The notes: a model not told the origin generated them from the letters alone. DNA of 43,026 nt from an uncultured Eubacteriales bacterium (GCA_905203455.1 CAJKVX010000001.1:1-43026); one strand, 5' to 3'; shown: positions 1 through 8,340, numbered from the stretch's first letter. A program made the numbers and translations.

Positions 1-547
1 TTGATTTCATTAATCCAAAAGTTTCATAATCATTTAGTATTATTATTTTTAAATTCGTTGCATTTTGAATTAAATTTTTTGTGTTTTTGTTTTCGCTCGC
101 ACAAAAAATTATAAGAGTTTTTACATTCAGGTTGTTTGCTTGTTTAATTAGGGTTAAAAGAATGTCGCAAGAAAGTTCTTGGCTTTCAAAACAGGGGGCA
201 AGCATGGTGAGATTGTCAGTTGTGAGCAAGAATTTGGTGTTGTTTTTAAAACTCATGTCTTGTTTTAACAGGCTTTTAAAAAAGGCTACATTTTTTGAAT
301 TTGGGGATTCAAGAAAGTGCCATATGCAATTTTGCATAAATTTAAGTTCTTGATTTTTCAAGTTTAGCCTGTTGGTTCGTTTTTTTGAAAAATAATGTAA
401 TTCAGTTGCAATTATGGTTATAATCATTGCACAAAGAATTATTGAAAGCATTTGGTTGTTTGTGAATCTTTTAATCCATGCAAAAATAACAAGCGATAAA
501 ATTGCAAGAATAATAACATTATTTAAAATTTTTGCTAGCCTTGTCAT
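1..547 (-). CDS. hypothetical membrane protein, partial (N-terminal 182 codons; 3' end lies beyond the left window edge)
   Basis: Absent from the supplied ORF track because it has no stop inside the window. On the minus strand, ATG is the complement of 545-547, followed by 182 sense codons down to position 2. I checked every codon of this frame and found no stop. An in-frame TAG (complement of 572-574) bounds it upstream. An open frame this long is unlikely by chance in such AT-rich DNA. The product begins MTRLAKILNNVIILAILSLVIFAWIKRF..MLSIILCAMIITIIATELHYF (two hydrophobic helices), then a soluble region. No family recognised. Confidence 0.6.
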   Translation of the reverse strand, partial: MTRLAKILNNVIILAILSLVIFAWIKRFTNNQMLSIILCAMIITIIATELHYFSKKRTNRLNLKNQELKFMQNCIWHFLESPNSKNVAFFKSLLKQDMSFKNNTKFLLTTDNLTMLAPCFESQELSCDILLTLIKQANNLNVKTLIIFCASENKNTKNLIQNATNLKIIILNDYETFGLMKS

Positions 548-600
548 GCTTAAAATATTTCCCTTTTTGGGCTAAATTATACTTTTGCCTTTGTTTAAGG

Positions 601-630
601 TTGCCATTTTGATATATAATTTGTTATAAT
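601..630 (+). promoter_or_regulatory. candidate SigA-type promoter upstream of the deoC-like operon
   Basis: TTGCCA (601-606), 18-nt spacer, TATAAT (625-630), with TG at 622-623 (extended -10). It lies just upstream of the 643/649 start. Consensus match only. Confidence 0.35.
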
Positions 631-642
631 AAAAATGGTGAA

Positions 643-1326
643 TTGTTTATGTTTTTTAAAAAGAAACAAGATTTAATAAGCAGTGGGTCAAACGACATTA
701 ACAGCAGAGTTGAATTAACATTGCTTGACGCAAGAGCAACAGAAAAAGATGTTGTTAGTTTTTGCAACATTGCTTATAAAAACAGATATTTGGGGGTTGT
801 TGTTTTTCCGTGTAATGTTAAAATTGCAAAGGAGTATATTGGCAAAAAACTTGATGGAGCATTAAAAGTAATTGCTGCTGTTGATTTTCCCTTTGGCGGG
901 GCAACTGCTTCAACAAAAATTGCTGAGGCTAAAAGGTGCTTTCAAGATGGTGCTGATGAGGTTGATGTTACAATTAACACTGGCGAAATTTTAGAAGAAA
1001 GGTTTAATGAAATTAAAAGCACAATTTCAAGAATTGTGAGAAGTTCAAGAGGCAAAGTTGTAAAAGCGGTTATTGAAACAAGTTACCTTAACAGAGAAAA
1101 CCTTTCAAAAGTTATTAGGTGTTTGTTGAAAACTAAGGTTGATTTTGTTATGACAAACACTGGTTTTGGTGAAGGTGGGGCAACACCTGAGGTTGTTGAA
1201 ATTATTAATGCAATATGCAAAAATAAATGCATGGTTAAGGCTTCAGGGGGAATAACAAACAAGGCAATTGCTGGTGACATGATAAGAATGGGTGCTCAAA
1301 GAATTGGAACAAGCAGGGTGATTTAA
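643..1326 (+). CDS. deoC: deoxyribose-phosphate aldolase (DeoC/DERA) family protein; Schiff-base lysine position is Met
   Basis: The track ORF starts at TTG 643. ATG 649, 7 nt after GGTGA, is the more likely start. By eye it is collinear with class I DERA: GADEVDVTIN, KAVIETS, VDFVMTNTGF, VKASGGI, RIGTS. The canonical FVKTSTG lysine is replaced (see findings). Confidence 0.8.
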   Translation: MFMFFKKKQDLISSGSNDINSRVELTLLDARATEKDVVSFCNIAYKNRYLGVVVFPCNVKIAKEYIGKKLDGALKVIAAVDFPFGGATASTKIAEAKRCFQDGADEVDVTINTGEILEERFNEIKSTISRIVRSSRGKVVKAVIETSYLNRENLSKVIRCLLKTKVDFVMTNTGFGEGGATPEVVEIINAICKNKCMVKASGGITNKAIAGDMIRMGAQRIGTSRVI

Positions 1327-1737
1327 ATGGATAAATTTATAAGTAACAGTTATAAAAAAACTGCAAAAATTGCACAAAAACTTGCAAAATCTTGCAAAAT
1401 TGGTGATGTTTTGTTGCTTTTTGGAGATTTGGGTGCTGGAAAAACTGCCTTTGTTAAGGGCTTTGCAAAAGAATTTGGAAAGGCGCAGGTAACATCTCCA
1501 ACATTTACAATTATAAACACTTATGATGGAAAAATTCCAATTTACCATTTTGATTTATACAGAATTGCAAGTGAAAGTGAACTTGAAGAAATTGGGTTTG
1601 GTGAATATATTTATGGTAATGGCATTTGCGTTATTGAGTGGCCACGGGTTGCTGTTGGGCTTTTGCCAAAAAATGTTATTAAAGTTACAATAAACAAACT
1701 TGGCGAAACAAAAAGGGAAATTATTGTGGAGAGATAA
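1327..1737 (+). CDS. tsaE: tRNA t6A37 threonylcarbamoyladenosine biosynthesis ATPase TsaE
   Basis: P-loop GDLGAGKT, SPTFTI and HFDLYR motifs and ~136-aa size are typical of TsaE/YjeE. The ATG follows the previous stop directly. Confidence 0.9.
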   Translation: MDKFISNSYKKTAKIAQKLAKSCKIGDVLLLFGDLGAGKTAFVKGFAKEFGKAQVTSPTFTIINTYDGKIPIYHFDLYRIASESELEEIGFGEYIYGNGICVIEWPRVAVGLLPKNVIKVTINKLGETKREIIVER

Positions 1738-1738
1738 G

Positions 1739-2365
1739 ATGAAAGTTTTAATAATTGATTGTGCTTATGGCAACCACTTGGGGTTAATTTGTGGTGATGA
1801 AAATTTTGAAATCAAGGCAGATTTAAATGAAAAAACAAGTGATACCATAATTTTGAAAATTGATGAATTGCTTAAAAAAAAGAAATTGGCTGTTGATGAC
1901 CTTGACGCGGTTTCTGTTTGTGTTGGCCCAGGCAGTTTCACGGGGCTTAGGGTTGGGGCAACAATTTGCAAGGGGTTTTGTGCTTTAAGTAAAATTAAAA
2001 TCATTACTTTTACAAGTTTTGAAGCCTTAACATATAATGAAAGCGAGGATAAAACCATTATATGTTTGCAGGGCTTTGGTAATTTTTTGTATGCACTGTA
2101 TAATGGAAAAATGTTTTGTGATGAAATACCAAAAATAAAAGCGTTGATTGAGGAAAACAATCTTAGTGTTTGTTGCAGTGAAAGTGTTGCAAAAAGTTTG
2201 GGTGTGAAAACTTATACAAGTTTGAAAACTGACATTTTTAAAATAACAAAAGAAAAATTTAACAGTGGCAAGTTTAGTGACATTAACTTTGAGCCCCTTT
2301 ATTTAAGGGCAAGCCAAGCAGAAATTGAAAGAGAAAAAAGGCAGAAAAATGAAAATAAAAATTAG
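1739..2365 (+). CDS. tsaB: tRNA t6A37 biosynthesis protein TsaB (YeaZ, inactive M22/Kae1 homologue)
   Basis: The track ORF starts at TTG 1700, inside tsaE. ATG 1739, 1 nt after the tsaE TAA, gives MKVLIIDCAY... The VGPGSFTGLRVG motif is characteristic of TsaB. It sits in the canonical tsaE-tsaB-rimI order. Confidence 0.85.
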   Translation: MKVLIIDCAYGNHLGLICGDENFEIKADLNEKTSDTIILKIDELLKKKKLAVDDLDAVSVCVGPGSFTGLRVGATICKGFCALSKIKIITFTSFEALTYNESEDKTIICLQGFGNFLYALYNGKMFCDEIPKIKALIEENNLSVCCSESVAKSLGVKTYTSLKTDIFKITKEKFNSGKFSDINFEPLYLRASQAEIEREKRQKNENKN

Positions 2366-2795
2366 GCCTGCAAATGATAAAGACATTGAAAAAGTGTTTC
2401 AAATTGAACAAGAATGTTTTAAAAAAGAAACAAAGCAATCTTTAAAACATTCCTTTTGTGTTGAAAGTTTTAAATATTTTGTGGCAGAAGTTGAAAATAA
2501 GGTTGTTGGATTTATTGCAATAAACCTATTGTGTGACGAGGCTGAAATTTTGTCAGTTGCGGTTAGTTTAAATTTCAGAAAAATTGGCGTTGCAACAGAA
2601 CTTTTTAAGTTTGTTTTTAACTTTCTTTTAAGCAGAAATGTTAGCAAGGTTTTTTTAGAAGTTAGTGTTAAAAATGAACCTGCAATTAAACTTTATAATT
2701 TTCTTGGGTTTGAAGAAATTTCACGAAGGAAAAATTATTACAGGTTTTCTAATGGAAAAAGTGAAGATGCGATTATTATGAAAAAATCACTTTAA
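2349..2795 (+). CDS. rimI: ribosomal-protein-alanine N-acetyltransferase (GNAT family)
   Basis: The track start is TTG 2325. ATG 2349 gives MKIKIRPANDKDIEKV. GNAT core AEILSVAVSLNFRKIGVATELF..., LEVSVKNEPAIKLYNFLGFEE, YY....EDAIIM, as in RimI. Located downstream of tsaB. Confidence 0.8.
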   Translation: MKIKIRPANDKDIEKVFQIEQECFKKETKQSLKHSFCVESFKYFVAEVENKVVGFIAINLLCDEAEILSVAVSLNFRKIGVATELFKFVFNFLLSRNVSKVFLEVSVKNEPAIKLYNFLGFEEISRRKNYYRFSNGKSEDAIIMKKSL

Positions 2796-2812
2796 ATTAA
2801 TTTGGAGATGGC

Positions 2813-3514
2813 ATGGATATTTTGACCTTTGGTGAAAAAACAAGCACTCCCGTTGTGTTTTTGCACGGCTGGGGCGGTGGGTTCTCTTCATTTATTTATT
2901 TTGCAAAACAAATTTCAGATAGGTTTTATTCAATTGTTTGCGACATGAACCCGATTTTAAACCAAGGAAAAGTTGTTGAAGTTAAAGATTTTGCTGTTAG
3001 TTTGAAAGAGAAACTTGACTATTTGCAAATTAAGAAAGTTAATTTGGTTGGGCATTCATTTGGTGGGCGAGTTATTGCGAAATTTTGTTATCTTTACCCT
3101 GAAATGGTTGAAAAAATTGTTTTAGTTGACTGTGCGGGCTTGCCACCTAAAAGAGGAATGTGGTATCATATAAAAGTAGGGTGGTATAAATTTAATGTAT
3201 TTCTTGCAAATAAAAACCTTATAAAAAAGGAGCGACTTTTAAAATTTGGGTCAAGCGACTATAAAAATTTAAGCCCGGTTTTGAAACAGAGTTTTAAAAA
3301 CATTGTTAATGAAGACTTAACTAAGTGTTATTCTTGCATTAAAAAGCCAACATTAATTTACTGGGGCAAGAAAGATAAAGACACCCCAATTTACATGGCA
3401 AAAAAATTGAATAAATTAATTGAGGGCAGTGGGCTTGTTGTGGTTGATGCGGGGCATTTTAGTTATGTTGAAACAAGTGATGAATTTTTAAGAGTTTTAT
3501 TTGCTTTTTTGTGA
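2813..3514 (+). CDS. alpha/beta-fold hydrolase
   Basis: GGAGA RBS at 2804-2808. VVFLHGWGG oxyanion region, nucleophile elbow GHSFGG (GxSxG), late D and GH (AGHF) residues. 233 aa. Confidence 0.8.
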   Translation: MDILTFGEKTSTPVVFLHGWGGGFSSFIYFAKQISDRFYSIVCDMNPILNQGKVVEVKDFAVSLKEKLDYLQIKKVNLVGHSFGGRVIAKFCYLYPEMVEKIVLVDCAGLPPKRGMWYHIKVGWYKFNVFLANKNLIKKERLLKFGSSDYKNLSPVLKQSFKNIVNEDLTKCYSCIKKPTLIYWGKKDKDTPIYMAKKLNKLIEGSGLVVVDAGHFSYVETSDEFLRVLFAFL

Positions 3515-3530
3515 AGTGAAAGGAGAGATA

Positions 3531-5207
3531 ATGAATTTAAGTTTGTTGTTAAGTGAGCCTGTTAATATGCCAGCACCTTTGGGGTTTGACAGTTGGCTTA
3601 CATTTTGGCTTGTTATTGTTGTGTCAGTTGTAAACGCGGGAATGTTGTGCCTTGCAGGATATAAGTTTTTGCAGGTTTTTCAGTTATCAAATTACAGGCT
3701 TAAAGGCTACTTTGGGTGGATTAAGGAAGACCGCGGGGCTTACTGGGGAAGGCTTTTAATTTTAACCTTTTTAAGTTCAGCAGCCTTGCTTATTACCAAT
3801 GTTTTGCTTGAAAACTTTTTTGTTTACAAAATTATGACCTATCTTGGGTTGGTGTTTTATTTTATTTTTGTTACTGTGTTTGTTATAAACCAGTTTAATG
3901 TAACCAAAAAAACGCCACTTAAATATACCCACAGAATGAACAGGCTTATTGCCGTTTTGTTTGTTTTAATATTTTTTGCAACAGTTTTTATGCTTAATTT
4001 CACCTCAATTTACATTCCATATTTTAAATATGGTGCTGTTGGGTTTACGCCTGTTTTGCTGCCGATTTTTATATTGCTTGCATATTTTATTACTTGGCCT
4101 TATGAACATTTAAAAAATAAAAGATATGTTAAAATTGCAAAGGAAAAACTTGAAGTCAAAAAAAATCTTATAAGAATTGGCATTACTGGAAGTTATGGCA
4201 AAACAAGTGTTAAAAACATTTTAGCAACAATGCTTAGTGAAAAGTTTGAGGTTTGTTCAACACCATATAGTTATAACACTCCGCTTGGAATTGCAAAAAC
4301 AGTGAGTGAAAATTTAAAACCAAATCACCAAATTTTTATTGCTGAAATGGGGGCTAGGTATGTTGGAGACATTAAAGAGTTGTGTGATATTGTTAAACCT
4401 AATTATGGCATTTTAACAGGAATTGGCAACCAACATCTTGCAAGTTTTAAAACCCAACAAAACTTAGAAAACACAAAGTTTGAGTTGGTTTTAGGGTTAG
4501 AAAAAGATGGTGAAATGTTTTTTAATGGTGATTGCCTTCAAATGAAATCGCTTATTGATAAGGCAACTTGCACTAAGTTTGTTTCAAGCATAAGTGCAAC
4601 TGATGGCGAGGTTTATGTTTCAGACCTTATCTCAACAAGCAAGGGAAGTGAATTTGTTTTGCATTATAAAGGGGATAAAATTAGTTGCCAAACAGTTTTG
4701 CTTGGAAAACACAATGTTTCAAACATTTTGCTTTGTGCAATGGTTGCGTTAAGGCTTGGTCTTAGCCTTGAAGAAATTGCAAGGGCAATTGAAAAACTTA
4801 CTCCTGTTTCACACAGGCTTGCATTGCTTCCTTCTGCAAATTCACTTATTGTTATTGATGATGCATATAATGGCAGTGTTGATGGTGCGAAAGCAGCACT
4901 TGAAGTGCTTAGTGAGTTTGAAGGTAAAAAATTTGTTATAACCCCTGGGCTTGTTGAACTTGGAAGCGAACAATTTAACTGTAACTTTGAGTTTGGCATG
5001 ATGCTTGCAAAAACTTGTGATTATGTTATTATTAACGGAATTGTAAACTATGACGCAATTTCTTCGGGGCTTGAATTTGCGGGGTTTAGCAAAGATAAAA
5101 TTTTAAGGGCAGGGTCGCTTAGCCAAGCCGTTCAAGTTTTAACAAACTTTGCGGTGGCGGGAGATGTTGTTTTGTTTGAAAATGATTTGCCTGATAACTA
5201 TACCTAG
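3531..5207 (+). CDS. murF: Mur ligase family protein, MurF-like (UDP-MurNAc-tripeptide--D-Ala-D-Ala ligase) with N-terminal polytopic membrane domain
   Basis: The track start is TTG 3501. ATG 3531 is preceded by AGGAGAG (3521-3527). The first ~200 aa contain five hydrophobic helices. Then come the Mur ligase P-loop GITGSYGKTS, AEMGARYVGDI, LTGIGNQHL, GKHNVSNIL and DDAYNGS, the last resembling MurF DDSYNANP. It lies immediately upstream of ddl, a common murF/ddl pairing. Confidence 0.75.
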   Translation: MNLSLLLSEPVNMPAPLGFDSWLTFWLVIVVSVVNAGMLCLAGYKFLQVFQLSNYRLKGYFGWIKEDRGAYWGRLLILTFLSSAALLITNVLLENFFVYKIMTYLGLVFYFIFVTVFVINQFNVTKKTPLKYTHRMNRLIAVLFVLIFFATVFMLNFTSIYIPYFKYGAVGFTPVLLPIFILLAYFITWPYEHLKNKRYVKIAKEKLEVKKNLIRIGITGSYGKTSVKNILATMLSEKFEVCSTPYSYNTPLGIAKTVSENLKPNHQIFIAEMGARYVGDIKELCDIVKPNYGILTGIGNQHLASFKTQQNLENTKFELVLGLEKDGEMFFNGDCLQMKSLIDKATCTKFVSSISATDGEVYVSDLISTSKGSEFVLHYKGDKISCQTVLLGKHNVSNILLCAMVALRLGLSLEEIARAIEKLTPVSHRLALLPSANSLIVIDDAYNGSVDGAKAALEVLSEFEGKKFVITPGLVELGSEQFNCNFEFGMMLAKTCDYVIINGIVNYDAISSGLEFAGFSKDKILRAGSLSQAVQVLTNFAVAGDVVLFENDLPDNYT

Positions 5208-5222
5208 CACAGGGAGGTAGTT

Positions 5223-6392
5223 ATGAAAAATGTTGCGTTAATTTTTGGCGGAAGGTCAACTGAACACGAAGTTTCGATAATAACAGCGTTACAAATTTTA
5301 AATGGATACACAAAGGAAGAATTTAACATTCTTCCTATTTTTATTGATAAATCAAATAAGTTTTATTTGGCAGATAAAAATCAATTAAAAATAGAAGATT
5401 TTAAGCATTCAAAGTTAGACACGAAAATTTTTACAAGAATTTATTTTAAAGTTGGAAGCAATAAAGTTTATTACGCAAAAAACAATAAGCCAATTCTTAC
5501 AATTGATGTTTGCATTAACGCTTGCCATGGCGGAGAGGGTGAGAACGGAAATCTTACAGCCATGCTTGAAATGTGTGGCATTCCATCAAGTTGTGGAAAC
5601 ACCTTGGGAATGGCTGTGGGGTTTGACAAAGTTGCAAGCAAACTTATGCTTAAAGCAAGCAAGATTAGCGTGATTGATTGTGTTTGGTTTTATAAAGAAA
5701 CATGGGAAAATGAGCCAACTAAAATTATTGCAGATTTATCAAAAAAGAAATATCCGCTAATTGTTAAACCTGCAAGGCAGGGAAGTAGCATTGGAATTTC
5801 AGTTGCCCATAACCCAAAAGAACTTATTGAAGCAATTAAGGTGGCTTTTGAGTTTGACAGCAAAGTTTTAATTGAAAGGGCACTTAAAAATTTCAGCGAG
5901 TATAATTGTTCTGCCATTGGGTTTGCTGGGGGTGAAATTGAAGTTTCTAAGGTTGATGAGCCCGCAAGGCTTCATGAAATTTTAAGTTTTGAAGATAAAT
6001 ATGTGGGTGGTGGCAAAAATAGTCAATCATCAAAGTTGGGAAAATCTTTGTCAGTTAAAGGTGGAGAAAAGTTTAGGGGTTCTCTTGCAGGAAGCAGGCG
6101 AGAGTTTTTAAAAAATGAAAAACTTGTGCAAAAAATAAGAAGCATGACAATTAAAGCCATGCAGGTTTTGAATTTAAGTGGGGTTATAAGGGTTGATTAT
6201 TTGTTTGACAATAAAAAGAAGAAACTTTATTTAAATGAAATTAACACTATTCCTGGTTCTCTTGCATTTTATTTTTGGACGCAAGAAAACATTGATATTA
6301 ACAAATTAATTGAAAAACTTGTTGTTATTGCAACGCTGAATTCTGAGCATAAGTTTAATGTTAAAACGGAATACATCACCAAATTAATTTAA
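5223..6392 (+). CDS. ddl: D-alanine--D-alanine ligase
   Basis: AGGGAGG RBS at 5211-5217. GGRSTEHEVSIITA, HGGEGENG, KPARQGSSIGIS and NEINTIPGS are ATP-grasp Ddl motifs. Confidence 0.9.
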   Translation: MKNVALIFGGRSTEHEVSIITALQILNGYTKEEFNILPIFIDKSNKFYLADKNQLKIEDFKHSKLDTKIFTRIYFKVGSNKVYYAKNNKPILTIDVCINACHGGEGENGNLTAMLEMCGIPSSCGNTLGMAVGFDKVASKLMLKASKISVIDCVWFYKETWENEPTKIIADLSKKKYPLIVKPARQGSSIGISVAHNPKELIEAIKVAFEFDSKVLIERALKNFSEYNCSAIGFAGGEIEVSKVDEPARLHEILSFEDKYVGGGKNSQSSKLGKSLSVKGGEKFRGSLAGSRREFLKNEKLVQKIRSMTIKAMQVLNLSGVIRVDYLFDNKKKKLYLNEINTIPGSLAFYFWTQENIDINKLIEKLVVIATLNSEHKFNVKTEYITKLI

Positions 6393-7319
6393 CAAGTATT
6401 CATTTGTTATGCGTTTGCATAATTCAACAATTTTTGAAATAACGCTTGAAGGTGAAATTACCTTAATGCTGTTGCCGTAATTTATAAGGCGTGAAATTAA
6501 GCCATCATTTAACAGCGCGCTTGATGTAACAATTGCATAATTTGCAGTTTGCTTGCAAATTTTAACATCTTTTGCCCAATCATAAATTTCAGGCAAGGTA
6601 AGTGAGTTAACTTTAAGTTCAAGAGTAATCTTATTGCCCAGTGGCTGATTGGTTAGCCAAGGTTTGTCTTCAATTTTAATTGGAATTCTGTTAAACTCAA
6701 CATCACATAAATTAATTGAGGTTATTCTTGAACATTTAAAAAGCCTGAAATCTTGCTTTGTTGTGCAAAAAGCATAAAGATACCACACGCCATCTTTAAG
6801 AATTAAAGAGTATGGGTGAATTGTTCTTGTTGATTGCTCGTTTGTTCGGCTGGTGTAATTAATTTTTATAACCAAGTTGCGGTTGCAAGCATCAAGCAAA
6901 CTTAAAATTTTATCATTATATAACTGTTCAACGCCCCAAGGAAGGTTGTCAATAATTATTTGGTCGCTTGTGTTTCCACTTTTTAACATTTTGTGGTTAA
7001 GGGTGTAATTTATTTTTTCAATTACACTTTTTGTGGTTTTGTCAATATTTTTAATTTCACAAGAGGAAAGAAGAGAACTTATTCTTGCAATTTCATCAGT
7101 TGTGAAAAAGTTGCTTTCAAGGTCAAAATCTGGCAGAATTTGAATTCCGCCATTTCTGCCTTGAGAGCAATAAATTGGAACTCCGCTTGCACACAGTTGA
7201 TTAGCATAACGATAAATAGTTTTTTTAGACACTTCAAATTTTTCGGCAAGGAAGTTGCAAGAACATTTTTTGTGTTTTATTAAAGTTAACAAAATTCCAA
7301 AAACAATATAGTTATTCAT
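6384..7319 (-). CDS. HTH + WYL domain transcriptional regulator (YafY/PafBC-like)
   Basis: N-terminal wHTH (FLAEKFEVSKKTIYRYANQLCASGVPIYCSQGRNGGIQI). Central WYL domain (IHPYSLILKDGVWYLYAFCTTKQDFRLFKCSRI). ~310 aa, typical for the family. Confidence 0.85.
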   Translation of the reverse strand: MNNYIVFGILLTLIKHKKCSCNFLAEKFEVSKKTIYRYANQLCASGVPIYCSQGRNGGIQILPDFDLESNFFTTDEIARISSLLSSCEIKNIDKTTKSVIEKINYTLNHKMLKSGNTSDQIIIDNLPWGVEQLYNDKILSLLDACNRNLVIKINYTSRTNEQSTRTIHPYSLILKDGVWYLYAFCTTKQDFRLFKCSRITSINLCDVEFNRIPIKIEDKPWLTNQPLGNKITLELKVNSLTLPEIYDWAKDVKICKQTANYAIVTSSALLNDGLISRLINYGNSIKVISPSSVISKIVELCKRITNEYLLN

Positions 7320-7431
7320 GAAAATATGTTAACACACTTGATAATAAATTCCAAGTATTTTTGAACATTTGTTTGAAAATTTGTAAAAATTTTTGGATTG
7401 CAAAGGGAAAATTAAATGTTTTGTAAATTAT

Positions 7432-7460
7432 TTGCATAATTGGTTCAAAATTAGTATAAT
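7432..7460 (+). promoter_or_regulatory. candidate SigA-type promoter for the 7490 operon
   Basis: TTGCAT (7432-7437), 17-nt spacer, TATAAT (7455-7460), 30 nt upstream of ATG 7490. Consensus match only. Confidence 0.4.
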
Positions 7461-7489
7461 CAAATTGATAAAATTTTAAGTGGGGAAAT

Positions 7490-8335
7490 ATGTTCGGCAA
7501 AATTAGTGAAAAGGCAAGGCGTCAAGCGTATTTAAATGCTCTTGCACAAGAAAAGAATGAGGGTGAAACAAAAAAGCAAGCAACACCAAATGTTGCAAGT
7601 GAAAAAAAAGTTGAAGTTGTATATGAGCCTCGTGAAATTGTTTCAGGCAAAGAGGCTGTTATTTTGGCTGACAAAGAGTTGAAAATTTCTTCAGCCCAAA
7701 GTAAGGGAATAATTAAAAACAGAATTGCCGATATGAAATATTACAAAAACTGGCGAGCAAGAGTTGGTGAAGTTGAAAGGGCAAGCCTTGAAACAAAACC
7801 TGTAAGTTCGCAAGGTTTAAAAAACCCTGCCAGTAAGCCAGATTACAGTGAAATTGGGGTTGAAAGGTCACTTGATGGTGATGATGCAACAATTGTAAAC
7901 AGAGGAACTGAAAGCAAATCAACCAAGGGTTTGCTTGATGAACTTTATCCAAATGACACAAAGCAAGAAGATGAAGATGATTTTTCATTTTTAGATGACT
8001 TTTTTAACATAAACAAAGAAAAGTCAAAGGCTGAGCCAAGAAAAGTTGCCAGCGCTGATAATAAAAAAGTTGAAGAGAAAAAGCCAGAGCAGAAAAGTTT
8101 TATTAACAGAAATCTTATTACAAGAAGAACACAAAATCAGCAAAAGCAAGAAGACTATTCAATTTCAGATTTTGAAAATGAAAGCAATGAGGATTATGCT
8201 GAAATTGCACAAAGTGCCACAAAAGTTAATGTTAGCAAAGATGCGGATTTGGTAAAAAAACCTAAACAAAGAAAGAAAAAGAAGAAGTTTGACGCTGACA
8301 TTATTGGCACGACTGGATTTTTTACAATTAGGTAA
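7490..8335 (+). CDS. hypothetical low-complexity, Lys/Glu-rich (probably disordered) protein
   Basis: 281-aa ORF with GGGGA RBS. No hydrophobic core segments, charged K/E/D/Q-rich composition, poly-K near the C-terminus (KKPKQRKKKKKF). The stop is 5 nt before the next gene's ATG. No family recognised. Confidence 0.55.
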   Translation: MFGKISEKARRQAYLNALAQEKNEGETKKQATPNVASEKKVEVVYEPREIVSGKEAVILADKELKISSAQSKGIIKNRIADMKYYKNWRARVGEVERASLETKPVSSQGLKNPASKPDYSEIGVERSLDGDDATIVNRGTESKSTKGLLDELYPNDTKQEDEDDFSFLDDFFNINKEKSKAEPRKVASADNKKVEEKKPEQKSFINRNLITRRTQNQQKQEDYSISDFENESNEDYAEIAQSATKVNVSKDADLVKKPKQRKKKKKFDADIIGTTGFFTIR

Positions 8336-8340
8336 GGCTT

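Noticed and set aside
81-353. 90-aa plus-strand ORF (GTG start) from the track
   Set aside because: It lies entirely antisense to the 182-codon open minus-strand frame (1-547), which has a proper ATG and membrane-protein character. It has no RBS and an odd composition.
1083-2647. Minus-strand ORFs 1083-1280, 1243-1548, 1765-2160 and 2399-2647
   Set aside because: They are antisense to the well-supported deoC-like, tsaE, tsaB and rimI genes. They have shadow-frame composition and no family motifs.
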